A DNA stretch of 64,000 nt from Candidatus Poribacteria bacterium (GTDB taxonomy: Bacteria; Poribacteria; WGA-4E; WGA-3G), in NCBI GenBank assembly GCA_965204285.1, contig OZ241980.1, positions 160,235 through 224,234 on the forward strand, written 5' to 3'. Below are positions 20,049 through 28,451 of the stretch, piece after piece. Below the pieces are notes generated by a model that was not told the origin of the DNA, ran no database searches, and worked only from the letters and a program-made list of their open reading frames with translations. The translations under genes and the position numbers were made by a program. Numbering within the stretch: the first letter of the stretch is position 1; each line of letters begins with the position of its first letter.

Positions 20049-21623
20049 TTATTCCGGCCAGCAGTATTTACCAAGTGCTTTTCTGCGCGGGTCATTACAA
20101 AGTGGATTGTTGCTGCATTCTGGCCACGAGTTGCCACAGCGACTGTATCTACAAGTGCGCGTGCGGTGTGCGTTCGCTTCCAAAGGATTATTTGGATCGT
20201 AAGAATGACCATTCGCACACGTCGCGCCCTCCGGTTCTGGATCAGGTTCAGGTGGCGCAGGATACACATGATTGTGAGAAGAACCTCCAGCCGGATGCTT
20301 ACACGCCCAATAGGTGTGCGTGCATTGATCGCCATTGGCGTTGGTGCTGGTGCATTGCACCTGTTGATGATTCAAACCATCACACGCAATGTGAGTCGAG
20401 ACCCCACAAGCAGCAGCCGAATGATCGCCTGATTGCCAATCTTCATGAACACCACACGCATGGTAAGAGGGCGTTGAAGGTGTCGTTGGCGGAGACGGTG
20501 TGGAATCGGACGGGTTATGAGCAGCATCGCTACCACTACCCGTAACATGATTATTGGCATTCGGACAGGCGTTCGATGTTTGGCAGGTGTAATAATAGTA
20601 GGAACACCTTGTGGTGCCACCCCAGCCGTTGGAGACGTTTTCAGTACACCTTGTTTTATGTGCAGAAATGGTCACATTTTCATGCAGCAACATGGTGATG
20701 AGCGGTTTTGTCGTCCGCAGATTCGTCATCTTACCATACCTGTTGACCAATGCCCACTCCGGCGCACCTTTATTACCACAACCACCAAGACAGGCGAGAT
20801 GGTGTTCATCTGCTTTATCACACCCCGGATAGCCGTGTGCAGGACAACTATAATACTCATAGTTACTGTGCGGTGTGACATTACATTTCTTCTTATGAGA
20901 TCTTCTGGCATCGCTCGGAATCATATCAAGCGAGGTAGGATTGCCACCAGCAAAACCACTGTAATATTCGCCTTGCCTAAAGTCATACCAGAAAGCTCCG
21001 CAGTTATTCGCACATTCAGCACCTAAACGGGGAATAAACTCTTGCATAGACGCTAAAGTGCCTGTGTTGGTTCTTGGAGGCACAGGATTATTTGTCACGC
21101 CTCTGTCTACCCAACTGTGTGTCCAACGCTTTCCATATTCTGCGTAAAACAGTTCTCGATCTGCATAGGCATTGGCAATGTCACCGTTTTTAGAGTCAAT
21201 TTCACTATACTTGCTTATCTTCTCTAGTCCGATTTCATAGGTATTGCCATCGTCATACCATTTGAGAATTTTACTCGCAAGCGTTATCACGGCGTTAACA
21301 TCAGGTCTCTTACCCATTATCATAGGAATACCGGCACCTCGCGCAGCTTCACTCAGTCCACTTCTGTCGCCATCAAGACCCTTTTGAATGATCTCCTTCT
21401 CGTATATCAGATGTGCCAAGTCAACTTTAGCAGTCGTTAATTTGCCTTCATGAGCGGTATGAGCCGTGTATGAATCACTATAACTTCTAATCCTGTGCGT
21501 TGATCCATAACTAGTTGTTATATCTTTATATGGTAGTTCATGAGCAAATGTTAAGATGCTGATCGGAATGACAATCGCACATATTACAATAACAAGTAAA
21601 GGTAAACGCTTTAAGTTTAACAT
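20049..21623 (-). CDS. Membrane-anchored Cys/His-rich protein of unknown function
   Basis: N-terminal TM helix (LPLLVIVICAIVIPISILTF). The C-terminal ~300 aa contain more than 30 Cys and many His in repeated aromatic-x-C...H motifs (EYYSCPAHG, YYYTCQTSNACPN, SYHACGVHED, TYWACKHPAGG). Pro-rich linkers are present (STPSPPTTPSTPS, PAPPEPDPEPE). The start overlaps the upstream stop by 1 nt. Confidence 0.75.
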   Translation of the reverse strand: MLNLKRLPLLVIVICAIVIPISILTFAHELPYKDITTSYGSTHRIRSYSDSYTAHTAHEGKLTTAKVDLAHLIYEKEIIQKGLDGDRSGLSEAARGAGIPMIMGKRPDVNAVITLASKILKWYDDGNTYEIGLEKISKYSEIDSKNGDIANAYADRELFYAEYGKRWTHSWVDRGVTNNPVPPRTNTGTLASMQEFIPRLGAECANNCGAFWYDFRQGEYYSGFAGGNPTSLDMIPSDARRSHKKKCNVTPHSNYEYYSCPAHGYPGCDKADEHHLACLGGCGNKGAPEWALVNRYGKMTNLRTTKPLITMLLHENVTISAHKTRCTENVSNGWGGTTRCSYYYYTCQTSNACPNANNHVTGSGSDAAHNPSDSTPSPPTTPSTPSYHACGVHEDWQSGDHSAAACGVSTHIACDGLNHQQVQCTSTNANGDQCTHTYWACKHPAGGSSHNHVYPAPPEPDPEPEGATCANGHSYDPNNPLEANAHRTRTCRYSRCGNSWPECSNNPLCNDPRRKALGKYCWPE

Positions 21624-22270
21624 TATTGGTTACCTCCTTTTTTATTGGGACGTACAATCGTGGATGAAACATCCTCAGGCGGCTTCGGCGCACGATCCAT
21701 TGGTGTTCCATGCTTTTTGTTCCAGGCATCGACTTCATCTGCCCAGGCACTCATTTTTGCATGTGTTGCACGGCTCGCCTGTTCCCACTTTTCCACAAGT
21801 TCTGGCGATGCAGTTGCAGGATCAAAATCAGGATGTTCTTTGTAGAAATTATACATATCCACCGCTTGTGGAATATTTGCGTATATCTCCATGTATACTT
21901 GATTTTTCTCACGTGCTGTCTTTGCTGCTGCCAGCGCTTCGATTTGCTTATCAGCTTCCGATTTTGCTTCAACCTGCTTTTGTAGGCGTTCTTGCTCAAA
22001 ACGATCTACAAATGGTTCCTGCGGCACCTCGCTTTGTGCGATTGGCATTTCATGCCAATGGTCACCATGCAGCACCCATTTGTATCCCGGTTTTGCGGGG
22101 GGCAGGTCGTTCTCAGCAACCCCTTTATGCTGTTCTTCAAGCATTTTTTCGTCTTGTGCAAGTTCTTCTCTGAGCTGCTGCACTTGTGACCACTGCCAAT
22201 AGATAAAGCCACCAGCAGCAATCAGGATTATCATGAGGGCTGCGATGCCCCAATACATTTTGCGATTCAT
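21623..22270 (-). CDS. Membrane-anchored coiled-coil protein with one histidine-triad (HxxHxH) motif
   Basis: TM helix WGIAALMIILIAAGGFIYW. GYKWVLHGDHWHEMP (nt 22052-22069) matches the HGDH(F/Y/W)H motif of streptococcal Pht zinc-binding proteins. It abuts both neighbouring genes. Confidence 0.7.
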   Translation of the reverse strand: MNRKMYWGIAALMIILIAAGGFIYWQWSQVQQLREELAQDEKMLEEQHKGVAENDLPPAKPGYKWVLHGDHWHEMPIAQSEVPQEPFVDRFEQERLQKQVEAKSEADKQIEALAAAKTAREKNQVYMEIYANIPQAVDMYNFYKEHPDFDPATASPELVEKWEQASRATHAKMSAWADEVDAWNKKHGTPMDRAPKPPEDVSSTIVRPNKKGGNQ

Positions 22271-22528
22271 CTAACGGTCCTCCTGTTCAAGCTTATTGTT
22301 ATCCCTACTATCTGTTGTGTCCAGTGGGCAGGGGTGTCTCGGACTTGGACAGATCAAGCCCGGTTTCGGTGCCTCTTTTCTCGACAAACAATCGCGTTTG
22401 AATTGTTCTTCGCAAGCAGGTGCATCTATCTGTGTGGCATCTATTGTGCCTAACAGCAGCAAACCGCTTGTGATAATAAATGCGAAAGTAAGAACGGAGA
22501 GAAGAAGAACTTTGTAGTCTCGTCTCAT
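22271..22528 (-). CDS. Small membrane-anchored Cys-containing protein
   Basis: The second ATG (22528) lies 6 nt after AGGAGG and is preferred over 22543. TM helix VLLLSVLTFAFIITSGLLLLG. Five Cys in the exposed tail. Confidence 0.55.
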   Translation of the reverse strand: MRRDYKVLLLSVLTFAFIITSGLLLLGTIDATQIDAPACEEQFKRDCLSRKEAPKPGLICPSPRHPCPLDTTDSRDNNKLEQEDR

Positions 22529-22599
22529 CTTGTGCCTCCTCATTATTTGAGTAGGTTAATTGTTTTCGCAATAAGTAGATATGGGATTCAGTTTTCACC

Positions 22600-22608
22600 A
22601 TTATATCA
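22600..22608 (-). promoter_or_regulatory. Outward-facing extended -10 element (TGATATAAT) at the transposon left end
   Basis: The minus strand reads GGTGTGATATAATGGTG. It points out of the element toward the operon that starts at 22528. Confidence 0.35.
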
Positions 22609-22692
22609 CACCTTAATAATTCCCACCTAATGTTTTTATTTGACATTTCCCTTTTAAAATAGTAAGATTTCAACTGACGAAACTTAAATACC

Positions 22693-22764
22693 TATTGAGA
22701 GCATGGGTATCCCATATCTAATGTAAATTGGGTATTTAGGTTTCGTCACCAGGGATACCCTTCC
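22693..22764 (+). promoter_or_regulatory. Conserved leader hairpin module (expanded copy)
   Basis: TATTGAGAGCATGGGTATCCC...AATTGGGTATTTAGG...AGGGATACCCTTCC. GGGTATCCC (22705-22713) is the reverse complement of GGGATACCC (22752-22760). A second GGGTAT lies at 22730-22735. The layout is colinear with 12718-12759. Confidence 0.4.
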
Positions 22765-22850
22765 TTGTTTTAAAAGGTTGAAATAGGGTATTCAGTGACT
22801 TATATTGGAGAACATCAAAATGTAAAACTTATAAATTGTGGAGAATTACA

Positions 22851-23950
22851 ATGAGAAAACGATTTTGCTTTATTGCACTGTTGCTACTAAGTTTTGTTTT
22901 ATTTCCGGTAAGTTCTAACGCCCTTGACCCATTTACAGCCCGTGTTATCTATTTCCAACCTGCAGACGTTGACGATCCAAATATGCCTGATTTAATACGT
23001 AATCGCATGGAAGATGTCCATGAATTCTATGCCAGTGAAATGGATAGGCATGGTTTTGGACATAAGACTTTTCGTATTGAAAAAGATGTAAACGATAAAA
23101 TTGTTGTTCACACTATCAATGGCAAACATAATGCCGACCACTATGGCAACGTACCGAAAACACATATTGCCATGCAACCTGAACTTCCTAAAGAATTCCT
23201 CAATCACAAGAATGCAAATATCTTTTTCATTGGTGGCATAAAGCACTATAATAATGGCACAGGTGGAATTGCACTTGGTGTTGTTTTTTGGGTGCTGGTA
23301 ATAATGGCGGATATGCACTTATTCCTACAAGAAACATGGAATTTGATGTCGTTGTTCATGAAGTTGGGCATGTATTTGGTTTATCACATAATCAACACAG
23401 AGATAATCCTGATTTTGTGATGGGACGCAATGCTGGAGACGATGGATTCGCACATCATGAGGCACGATGGCTTGACAAGAGTTCATATTTCAACCATAAC
23501 CCGCAGCCAATAGGTGTGATACCAACATTAACGAGAATCCATCCCATAATGCGTGTTCATGATGATATTAAGTTGAATATAGACATTCAAAGTCCAAATG
23601 GTGTGCATCAAGTAGAAATAGCGCGCACTTCAGATCGCGCTGTTGTCGCATGGGATTATATGAATGGACAACCAAAAGTAACAGCCAGATTTGATTTTGA
23701 TAGGTGGGCATTAGAAGCAGATAAAAACCGCATTTGGATCCGTATCATTGACACACAAGGTGCTTTGAGTCAAACGTTAAGAGATATTATTATACCTTCG
23801 CGTCCGCGTCAAAAGAATCCAATAGAAACGCCACCTGACCCCGAACCAAAGCCTGAAGTTGAACCTACTCCCAAACCTGAACCGCCTAAATTTGTGCCGA
23901 CTCGCGGGCATCTCACAACATCGTGGGCAAAAATGAAAAGACGGAGATAA
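22851..23950 (+). pseudogene. Secreted metzincin-type zinc metalloprotease, frameshifted in a T6 run
   Basis: ATG at 22851 lies 7 nt after GGAG. Signal peptide FCFIALLLLSFVLFPVSSNA. The frame breaks at the T6 run 23284-23289; one extra T would join ...GIALGVVF to LGAGNNGGYALIP... The downstream frame carries HEVGHVFGLSH (HExxHxxGxxH) and ends in HLTTSWAKMKRRR. Confidence 0.7.
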
Positions 23951-24051
23951 TCCTTATTCAGAAAAGGATAAAATTACCTTTTAATTGAATTGAACCTGTG
24001 TTATAATTTGTTGGGAGGGCAGACAATATGTCTACCCTCATTTGTGCAATA

Positions 24052-24186
24052 CTACCTATGTGTGCGTATTTTATTAGCAACGCGTTTTAAGTCGCGTTCT
24101 GCTGCTTTGAGTTTACTCAAAGTTCTACGCAATTTGGCTTGTGCTTGAGCCCGTTTTAGACGGTATTGCGCTCTGCTGGTTGCCAT
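24052..24186 (-). CDS. Small basic helical protein (44 aa), below the ORF-track size cutoff
   Basis: ATG at 24186 lies 9 nt after GGAGG (plus-strand CCTCC at 24196-24200). Translation: MATSRAQYRLKRAQAQAKLRRTLSKLKAAERDLKRVANKIRTHR*. A hairpin follows at 24015-24041. Confidence 0.45.
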   Translation of the reverse strand: MATSRAQYRLKRAQAQAKLRRTLSKLKAAERDLKRVANKIRTHR

Positions 24187-24204
24187 TGTTGGTAACCTCC
24201 AGCA

Positions 24205-24247
24205 TTTATAGCACTTTGGTTTTATAGCACTACCAAAGTGCTATAAA
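24205..24247. promoter_or_regulatory. Perfect 16-bp inverted repeat (operator-like) upstream of the small ORF
   Basis: TTTATAGCACTTTGGT (24205-24220), then TTTATAGCACT, then ACCAAAGTGCTATAAA (24232-24247). The 11-nt spacer repeats the half-site start. Confidence 0.5.
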
Positions 24248-24409
24248 CTACATTTTGTGGTTATGTTAATAATTGATTCATGAAAACTTTACACACAAAA
24301 CTTTTCCGATCTCACTCGGTATTAGTAGAGCCCGCGCCATGTGGCGCGGGTGAGATACTCTACCAAAGTTTCATGATGTTAATAGGATACTACATAGAGA
24401 AACAGGTTG

Positions 24410-25297
24410 TCAAGTCAAAATCATGCTTTCATTTACGAATTTATGAAAAACCGATTCCATGTCTCTGTAGTTGTATTTATAGCATGCCTCTGCTACATAA
24501 AGCGGTGTATATGCTACCTTGTAGTGATGATGGCTTCCATACCATGCGCGCTTTAGCAGTGACCAGAATCCTTCAATCGTGTTTGTATGTGTATCACCTT
24601 CAGCATATTGTTCTTGATGGTTGATAATTTGATGTTTCATTTCCTTGCCGATTGTAGTATAGGCATGGAATTCATCTGTCATGAGTTCCGAGTCTTTGGT
24701 ATTGACATAACGTTTTATGAAGTTGTAAATAACGCGCCCTGTCAATTCCGTTGCTACTTCTGCCACGACTTTTCCGCCACGTTCAACTGCACCGAGTATT
24801 GCTGTTTTCTCTGTGCCACGTCCGCGCTTTGCGGGTTCTCTGTCTTCCTTTTTGTTTGCCTTGCGAGGTTTACCCCCTATGTAAGTTTCGTCCGCTTCTA
24901 CGATACCTTGTAGCAATGCACCGCCTTTACGTGCCATTTCAGCACGAATACATGTTTCCATACGCCATGCCGTTTTCTGATTCAGTTTCAGGTCACGCGC
25001 GAGTTGATGGGTGGATAGGCTTTTCTTTGCATTCAACATTAAACTGATTGCTAAAAACCATTTCTGCAAAGCAATCTTTGTGCCGTGAAATATCGTGCCA
25101 TGTGTCACCTTAAAACTTGCCTTGCAATCAGAACAATGCCATCTGCCGACTCTGCCCGTGCCGGACTCCTTTTTCCTCACTATATCCACACTGCCACAGT
25201 GGGTGCAAGTGGGTTTATCGCTCCATCGGATTTTTTCAAGGTGAGAAATACATGTTTCTTGGTCAGGAAACTGTTCCATAACTGTCAATAAATCCAT
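24410..25297 (-). CDS. IS1595-family (ISXO2-like) DDE transposase
   Basis: N-terminal zinc ribbon (CTHCGS...HCSDCKASF). DDE_Tnp_IS1595-like core (VEADETYIGG...AILGAVERGG...LMTDEFHAY...HTNTIEGFWSLLKR). ATG at 25297 lies 8 nt after AAAGGAG. Confidence 0.85.
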   Translation of the reverse strand: MDLLTVMEQFPDQETCISHLEKIRWSDKPTCTHCGSVDIVRKKESGTGRVGRWHCSDCKASFKVTHGTIFHGTKIALQKWFLAISLMLNAKKSLSTHQLARDLKLNQKTAWRMETCIRAEMARKGGALLQGIVEADETYIGGKPRKANKKEDREPAKRGRGTEKTAILGAVERGGKVVAEVATELTGRVIYNFIKRYVNTKDSELMTDEFHAYTTIGKEMKHQIINHQEQYAEGDTHTNTIEGFWSLLKRAWYGSHHHYKVAYTPLYVAEACYKYNYRDMESVFHKFVNESMILT

Positions 25298-25440
25298 CAA
25301 TCTAACTCCTTTGGGATTTTATGAGTTGATTATTTCTGATGGATTATGCTATAGTATTGGCAAGGTTTGAAAATCAGAAATAGACAACTCGGATTTTCAC
25401 TTGAATTGGGAGGTTGCAGCCTCCCAATTTCATTGCGATA

Positions 25441-25470
25441 ATTATAGCATGTTTTTACCTAATTTGTCAA
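25441..25470 (-). promoter_or_regulatory. Sigma-70-type promoter for the transposase
   Basis: The minus strand reads TTGACA (25465-25470), an 18-nt spacer, then TATAAT (25441-25446). Confidence 0.55.
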
Positions 25471-25473
25471 TAA

Positions 25474-25520
25474 AAAAACGCTGATAAATGTAGTCTACGA
25501 CTATGTTTATCAGCGTTTTT
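25474..25520. terminator. Bidirectional hairpin terminator just inside the transposon right end
   Basis: AAAAACGCTGATAAA - 17 nt - TTTATCAGCGTTTTT, with A- and T-runs on either side. It could insulate the transposase from read-in transcription. Confidence 0.55.
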
Positions 25521-26055
25521 AAAAAGTAAATTTTCAATCGAACTTTAGTGATTCTGAATCCCATATCTACTTATTGCGATTGTTTTTGACAGACTACAGA
25601 AATAGGTAGGTATTTGTGCAGTTTTACTATTTCTGTAGAGGCCGCTGGTCTCTATGATATGCATTGACGCTTTCATAAGGTCTCTGATAAAATAGAAACC
25701 AGCCTGTCATACTCCTAATATGGCAGTGCTTTGGCATCGGCAGTGGCTGTTATACACTGTCGGTGCATCTACAAAGCACCTCTACCGCTAAAAATTCCGA
25801 ATATATCGCGAATTTCTAACATTATGAGATATTATAACAACTTTTCACTTTTTGTCAACATTTTTTTCAATTTTATCAAAAAAATAGTTTATTTAACATA
25901 TTTCATTAAAGGGAAGCGCGTTTATATGAAGATTAAGAAATAAATCCGTAACTTGGCGAGGTTAGGAAACCATGCCAGCAGGAGCGCGTAGAGATTAAGG
26001 TAGAAATTATTGGAAAACTGAATGGTTCTGGGCAAATTCTTAGATGGAAAAACAT

Positions 26056-26084
26056 TTGACATCCAATAGAAAATCTGTTATAAT
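26056..26084 (+). promoter_or_regulatory. Consensus sigma-70 promoter
   Basis: TTGACA (26056-26061), a 17-nt spacer, then TATAAT (26079-26084). It lies about 65 nt upstream of the ATG at 26149. Confidence 0.6.
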
Positions 26085-26148
26085 TATCATTTCTTTTTTT
26101 ATGGGAAATCTAAATAGAATCAGCGGATATGGGTACTCGGAGGCAATT

Positions 26149-27087
26149 ATGCACCTAATTACACTGAAAGACTGGTCAGAATCGGATATCCTTGAAACTA
26201 TAGAAAACTGCCTGAAGATCAAAAATTATCCTGAAAAGTATAGACACGCTGCTGGTGGGTTGAGTCTTGCTTTACTATTTCAAAAGACCTCTACTCGCAC
26301 ACGATGTGCCGGAGAAATTGGCATCGTGCAGCTTGGTGGACACGCGCACTATTTAGACTGGCGAACAACCAACTTTGGCTTGGCGGACCTTGGCGATGAA
26401 ATTCGCGTTCTTTCCGCGTATGTTGATATAATTTTAGCGCGATTTCTCAAACATGATGATATCTGTGAGGCAGGAACAGCATCATCTGTTCCGATAATCA
26501 ATGGATGTTGCGACAGATACCACCCGACACAAGCACTCGGTGACCTTATGACAATAAAAGAACACCTTGGTAAGTTAGATGGTATAAAAGTTTGCTTTAT
26601 CGGTGTACATAACAACGTTTGTAATTCGTTGATTGCCGCGGGAATGAAGGTTGGGTTAGAAGTGACTGTCATTGCACCAGAGATAAACCCTGCAGCAGTA
26701 GATAAAGAGTTATGGTCTGAAGCGGCACAAAAAGGTTGTTATAAACCGGTTTCGACTGATTCGATTGATAGTGCGATAGAACTACAAGAAGTCATTGCGC
26801 AAAATGATGTTGTCTACACAGATACGTGGATAGATATGGAATTTTTCACAGATCCTGATTTTGCTGAGGAGCGGGAACGACGTATGAAAAAGATGATGCC
26901 TTATCAGTTAAATCTTACACTTCTTAAAGGACTTGATTGTAAGATAATGCACTGTCTGCCTGCACATCGCGGCTATGAAATTGCGGGTGAACTCCTTGAC
27001 GATCCGCGTGCGATTATCTTTGAACAATCCGAAAACCGTCTACATAGCATGAAAGCCATTATCCTCAAGTTGCTTGGACGTTCATAA
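26149..27087 (+). CDS. Ornithine-carbamoyltransferase-family enzyme of uncertain substrate (SMG loop replaced)
   Basis: ATG at 26149 lies 6 nt after GGAGG. The ORF-track start at 26044 overlaps the promoter. Motifs present: STRTR, HPTQ, HCLPAHRG and FEQSENRLH. The position of the canonical DxxxSMG ornithine loop reads TDTWIDMEF. Confidence 0.8.
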   Translation: MHLITLKDWSESDILETIENCLKIKNYPEKYRHAAGGLSLALLFQKTSTRTRCAGEIGIVQLGGHAHYLDWRTTNFGLADLGDEIRVLSAYVDIILARFLKHDDICEAGTASSVPIINGCCDRYHPTQALGDLMTIKEHLGKLDGIKVCFIGVHNNVCNSLIAAGMKVGLEVTVIAPEINPAAVDKELWSEAAQKGCYKPVSTDSIDSAIELQEVIAQNDVVYTDTWIDMEFFTDPDFAEERERRMKKMMPYQLNLTLLKGLDCKIMHCLPAHRGYEIAGELLDDPRAIIFEQSENRLHSMKAIILKLLGRS

Positions 27088-27097
27088 AAATTAAAGC

Positions 27098-28249
27098 ATG
27101 GAAAACTATCTACGACATCTTGAATGCAGCAAATGTGGCGAAACCTACCCGCACGAAATACCACAGAATGTCTGTCATTCATGTGGGAAACCTTTGTTTG
27201 CGCGCTACGCGCTTGAACAATTAGTTGATACTTGGAAACCTAAACACCTTCAGTCAAGACCTTCAGCGTTGTGGCGATATAGAGAACTGCTGCCCATCTG
27301 CGATGATGAGCATGTCGTATCACTTGGAGAGACCATCACCCCTTTGATACATGCCAACAGACTTGGTGCTCAGCTTGGTTTGTCGGAACTTTGGATAAAA
27401 GACGAATCATGTCTGCCGACGGGAAGTTTCAAAGCACGTGGTTTAGCGATGGCTGTTTCCAAAGCGAAGGAACTTGGCATTAGTAAATTGGCTATTCCGT
27501 CTGCGGGAAATGCAGCGACAGCGTTATCGGTATATGCTGCGTGCGCTGATATTCCCGCTTATATTTTTATGCCGAAAGATACACCTATCTTTAATCAGGA
27601 AACCTGTCGGCTTGCAGGTGCAAACGTCACACTGATTGATGGCTTGATTACAGATGCGGGAAAAATAGTTGCTGATCGAAAAAAAGATGCAGGATGGTTT
27701 GATGTTTCAACACTGAAAGAGCCTTATCGGGTGGAAGGCAAGAAAACAATGGGGTTTGAGCTTGCGGAACAGTTCGGTTGGAAACTGCCAGACGTAATAA
27801 TCTATCCTACTGGTGGCGGGACAGGTATTGTGGGAATGTGGAAAGGTTTCGCTGAATTGGAAGCAATCGGTTGGATTGGTAAGAAAAGACCTCGGTTTAT
27901 CTCTGTTCAGGCGGCAGATTGTGCGCCAATTGTTAAGGCGTGGGAGGAAAGGAAACCTGCTGCCGAACCGTGGCAAGATGCGCAAACTGTTGCCAGTGGA
28001 TTGCGAGTACCGCAAGCAATTGGTGATTTTCTTATTTTGGAGGCTATTTACAAAAGCGGAGGTGCTGCAATCGCTGTTACTGATGACGCAATTGGCGAGG
28101 CGATGCAGCTGTTGCCAACAACTGAAGGGATTTTGACGTGTCCTGAAGGAGCAGCAACAGTCGCTGCATTAAAACCGCTCATAGCGAACGGAATTATTAA
28201 ACCAACTGAACAGGTTGTGCTTTTTAATACTGGCGGCTATCAGGCATAG
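27098..28249 (+). CDS. Threonine-synthase-like PLP-dependent enzyme (fold-type II) with an N-terminal zinc ribbon
   Basis: CSKCGETY...CHSCGKPL ribbon. PLP-lysine motif TGSFKARG. Gly-rich loop YPTGGGTGIVG. Length is 383 aa. It starts 10 nt after the upstream gene. Confidence 0.8.
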   Translation: MENYLRHLECSKCGETYPHEIPQNVCHSCGKPLFARYALEQLVDTWKPKHLQSRPSALWRYRELLPICDDEHVVSLGETITPLIHANRLGAQLGLSELWIKDESCLPTGSFKARGLAMAVSKAKELGISKLAIPSAGNAATALSVYAACADIPAYIFMPKDTPIFNQETCRLAGANVTLIDGLITDAGKIVADRKKDAGWFDVSTLKEPYRVEGKKTMGFELAEQFGWKLPDVIIYPTGGGTGIVGMWKGFAELEAIGWIGKKRPRFISVQAADCAPIVKAWEERKPAAEPWQDAQTVASGLRVPQAIGDFLILEAIYKSGGAAIAVTDDAIGEAMQLLPTTEGILTCPEGAATVAALKPLIANGIIKPTEQVVLFNTGGYQA

Positions 28250-28299
28250 GAGAGACTGAAACTATGGTAGAGATTAGAATTAACTCAACATTCCTGAAC

Positions 28300-28366
28300 T
28301 GTAGGAGGGAACTCCGATTCCCGACTGCTCCTCAGTTCATTCGCGATTCGGAGGTCGCTCCTACAA
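28300..28366. repeat. REP-like palindromic unit, copy 3 (inverted relative to copy 1)
   Basis: TGTAGGAGGGAACTCCGATTCCCGAC ... TCGCGATTCGGAGGTCGCTCCTACA. Confidence 0.8.
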
Positions 28367-28451
28367 AGAAAATGTAGAATCATTTCTATAATCCAATATA
28401 AAAAGTGTTTCTATGGGCGCGCCAGGCAAACGCACCCATAAAAAGGTAATT

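Larger units (their letters stand above)
22567..25578 (-). mobile_element. IS1595-family transposon (3,012 bp) with passenger genes
   Basis: Perfect 25-bp terminal inverted repeats: CGCAATAAGTAGATATGGGATTCAG (22567-22591) and CTGAATCCCATATCTACTTATTGCG (25554-25578). They are flanked by a perfect 8-bp direct repeat ATTGTTTT (22559-22566 and 25579-25586). It encodes an IS1595/ISXO2-like transposase. Confidence 0.7.

Noticed and set aside
20033-20545. Plus-strand ORFs of 170 and 128 aa (also 20517-21026 and 21556-22173) opposite the Cys/His operon
   Set aside because: These are antisense shadow ORFs inside longer minus-strand genes. The minus-strand genes have TM anchors, an RBS, start/stop coupling and a terminator. 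The plus-strand ORFs have no RBS and a biased, repetitive composition.
24280-25047. Plus-strand ORFs (98-114 aa) within the IS1595 element
   Set aside because: They are antisense to the transposase gene or cross its downstream hairpin. They have no RBS.
25731-25943. 70-aa plus-strand ORF in the long intergenic region
   Set aside because: It lies in AT-rich low-complexity sequence and has no RBS. The region is better explained as promoter or leader DNA displaced by the transposon insertion.
26044-26148. N-terminal extension of the carbamoyltransferase as given by the ORF track
   Set aside because: The extension overlaps a perfect TTGACA-N17-TATAAT promoter. The ATG at 26149 has a GGAGG RBS and gives a typical OTCase-family N-terminus.
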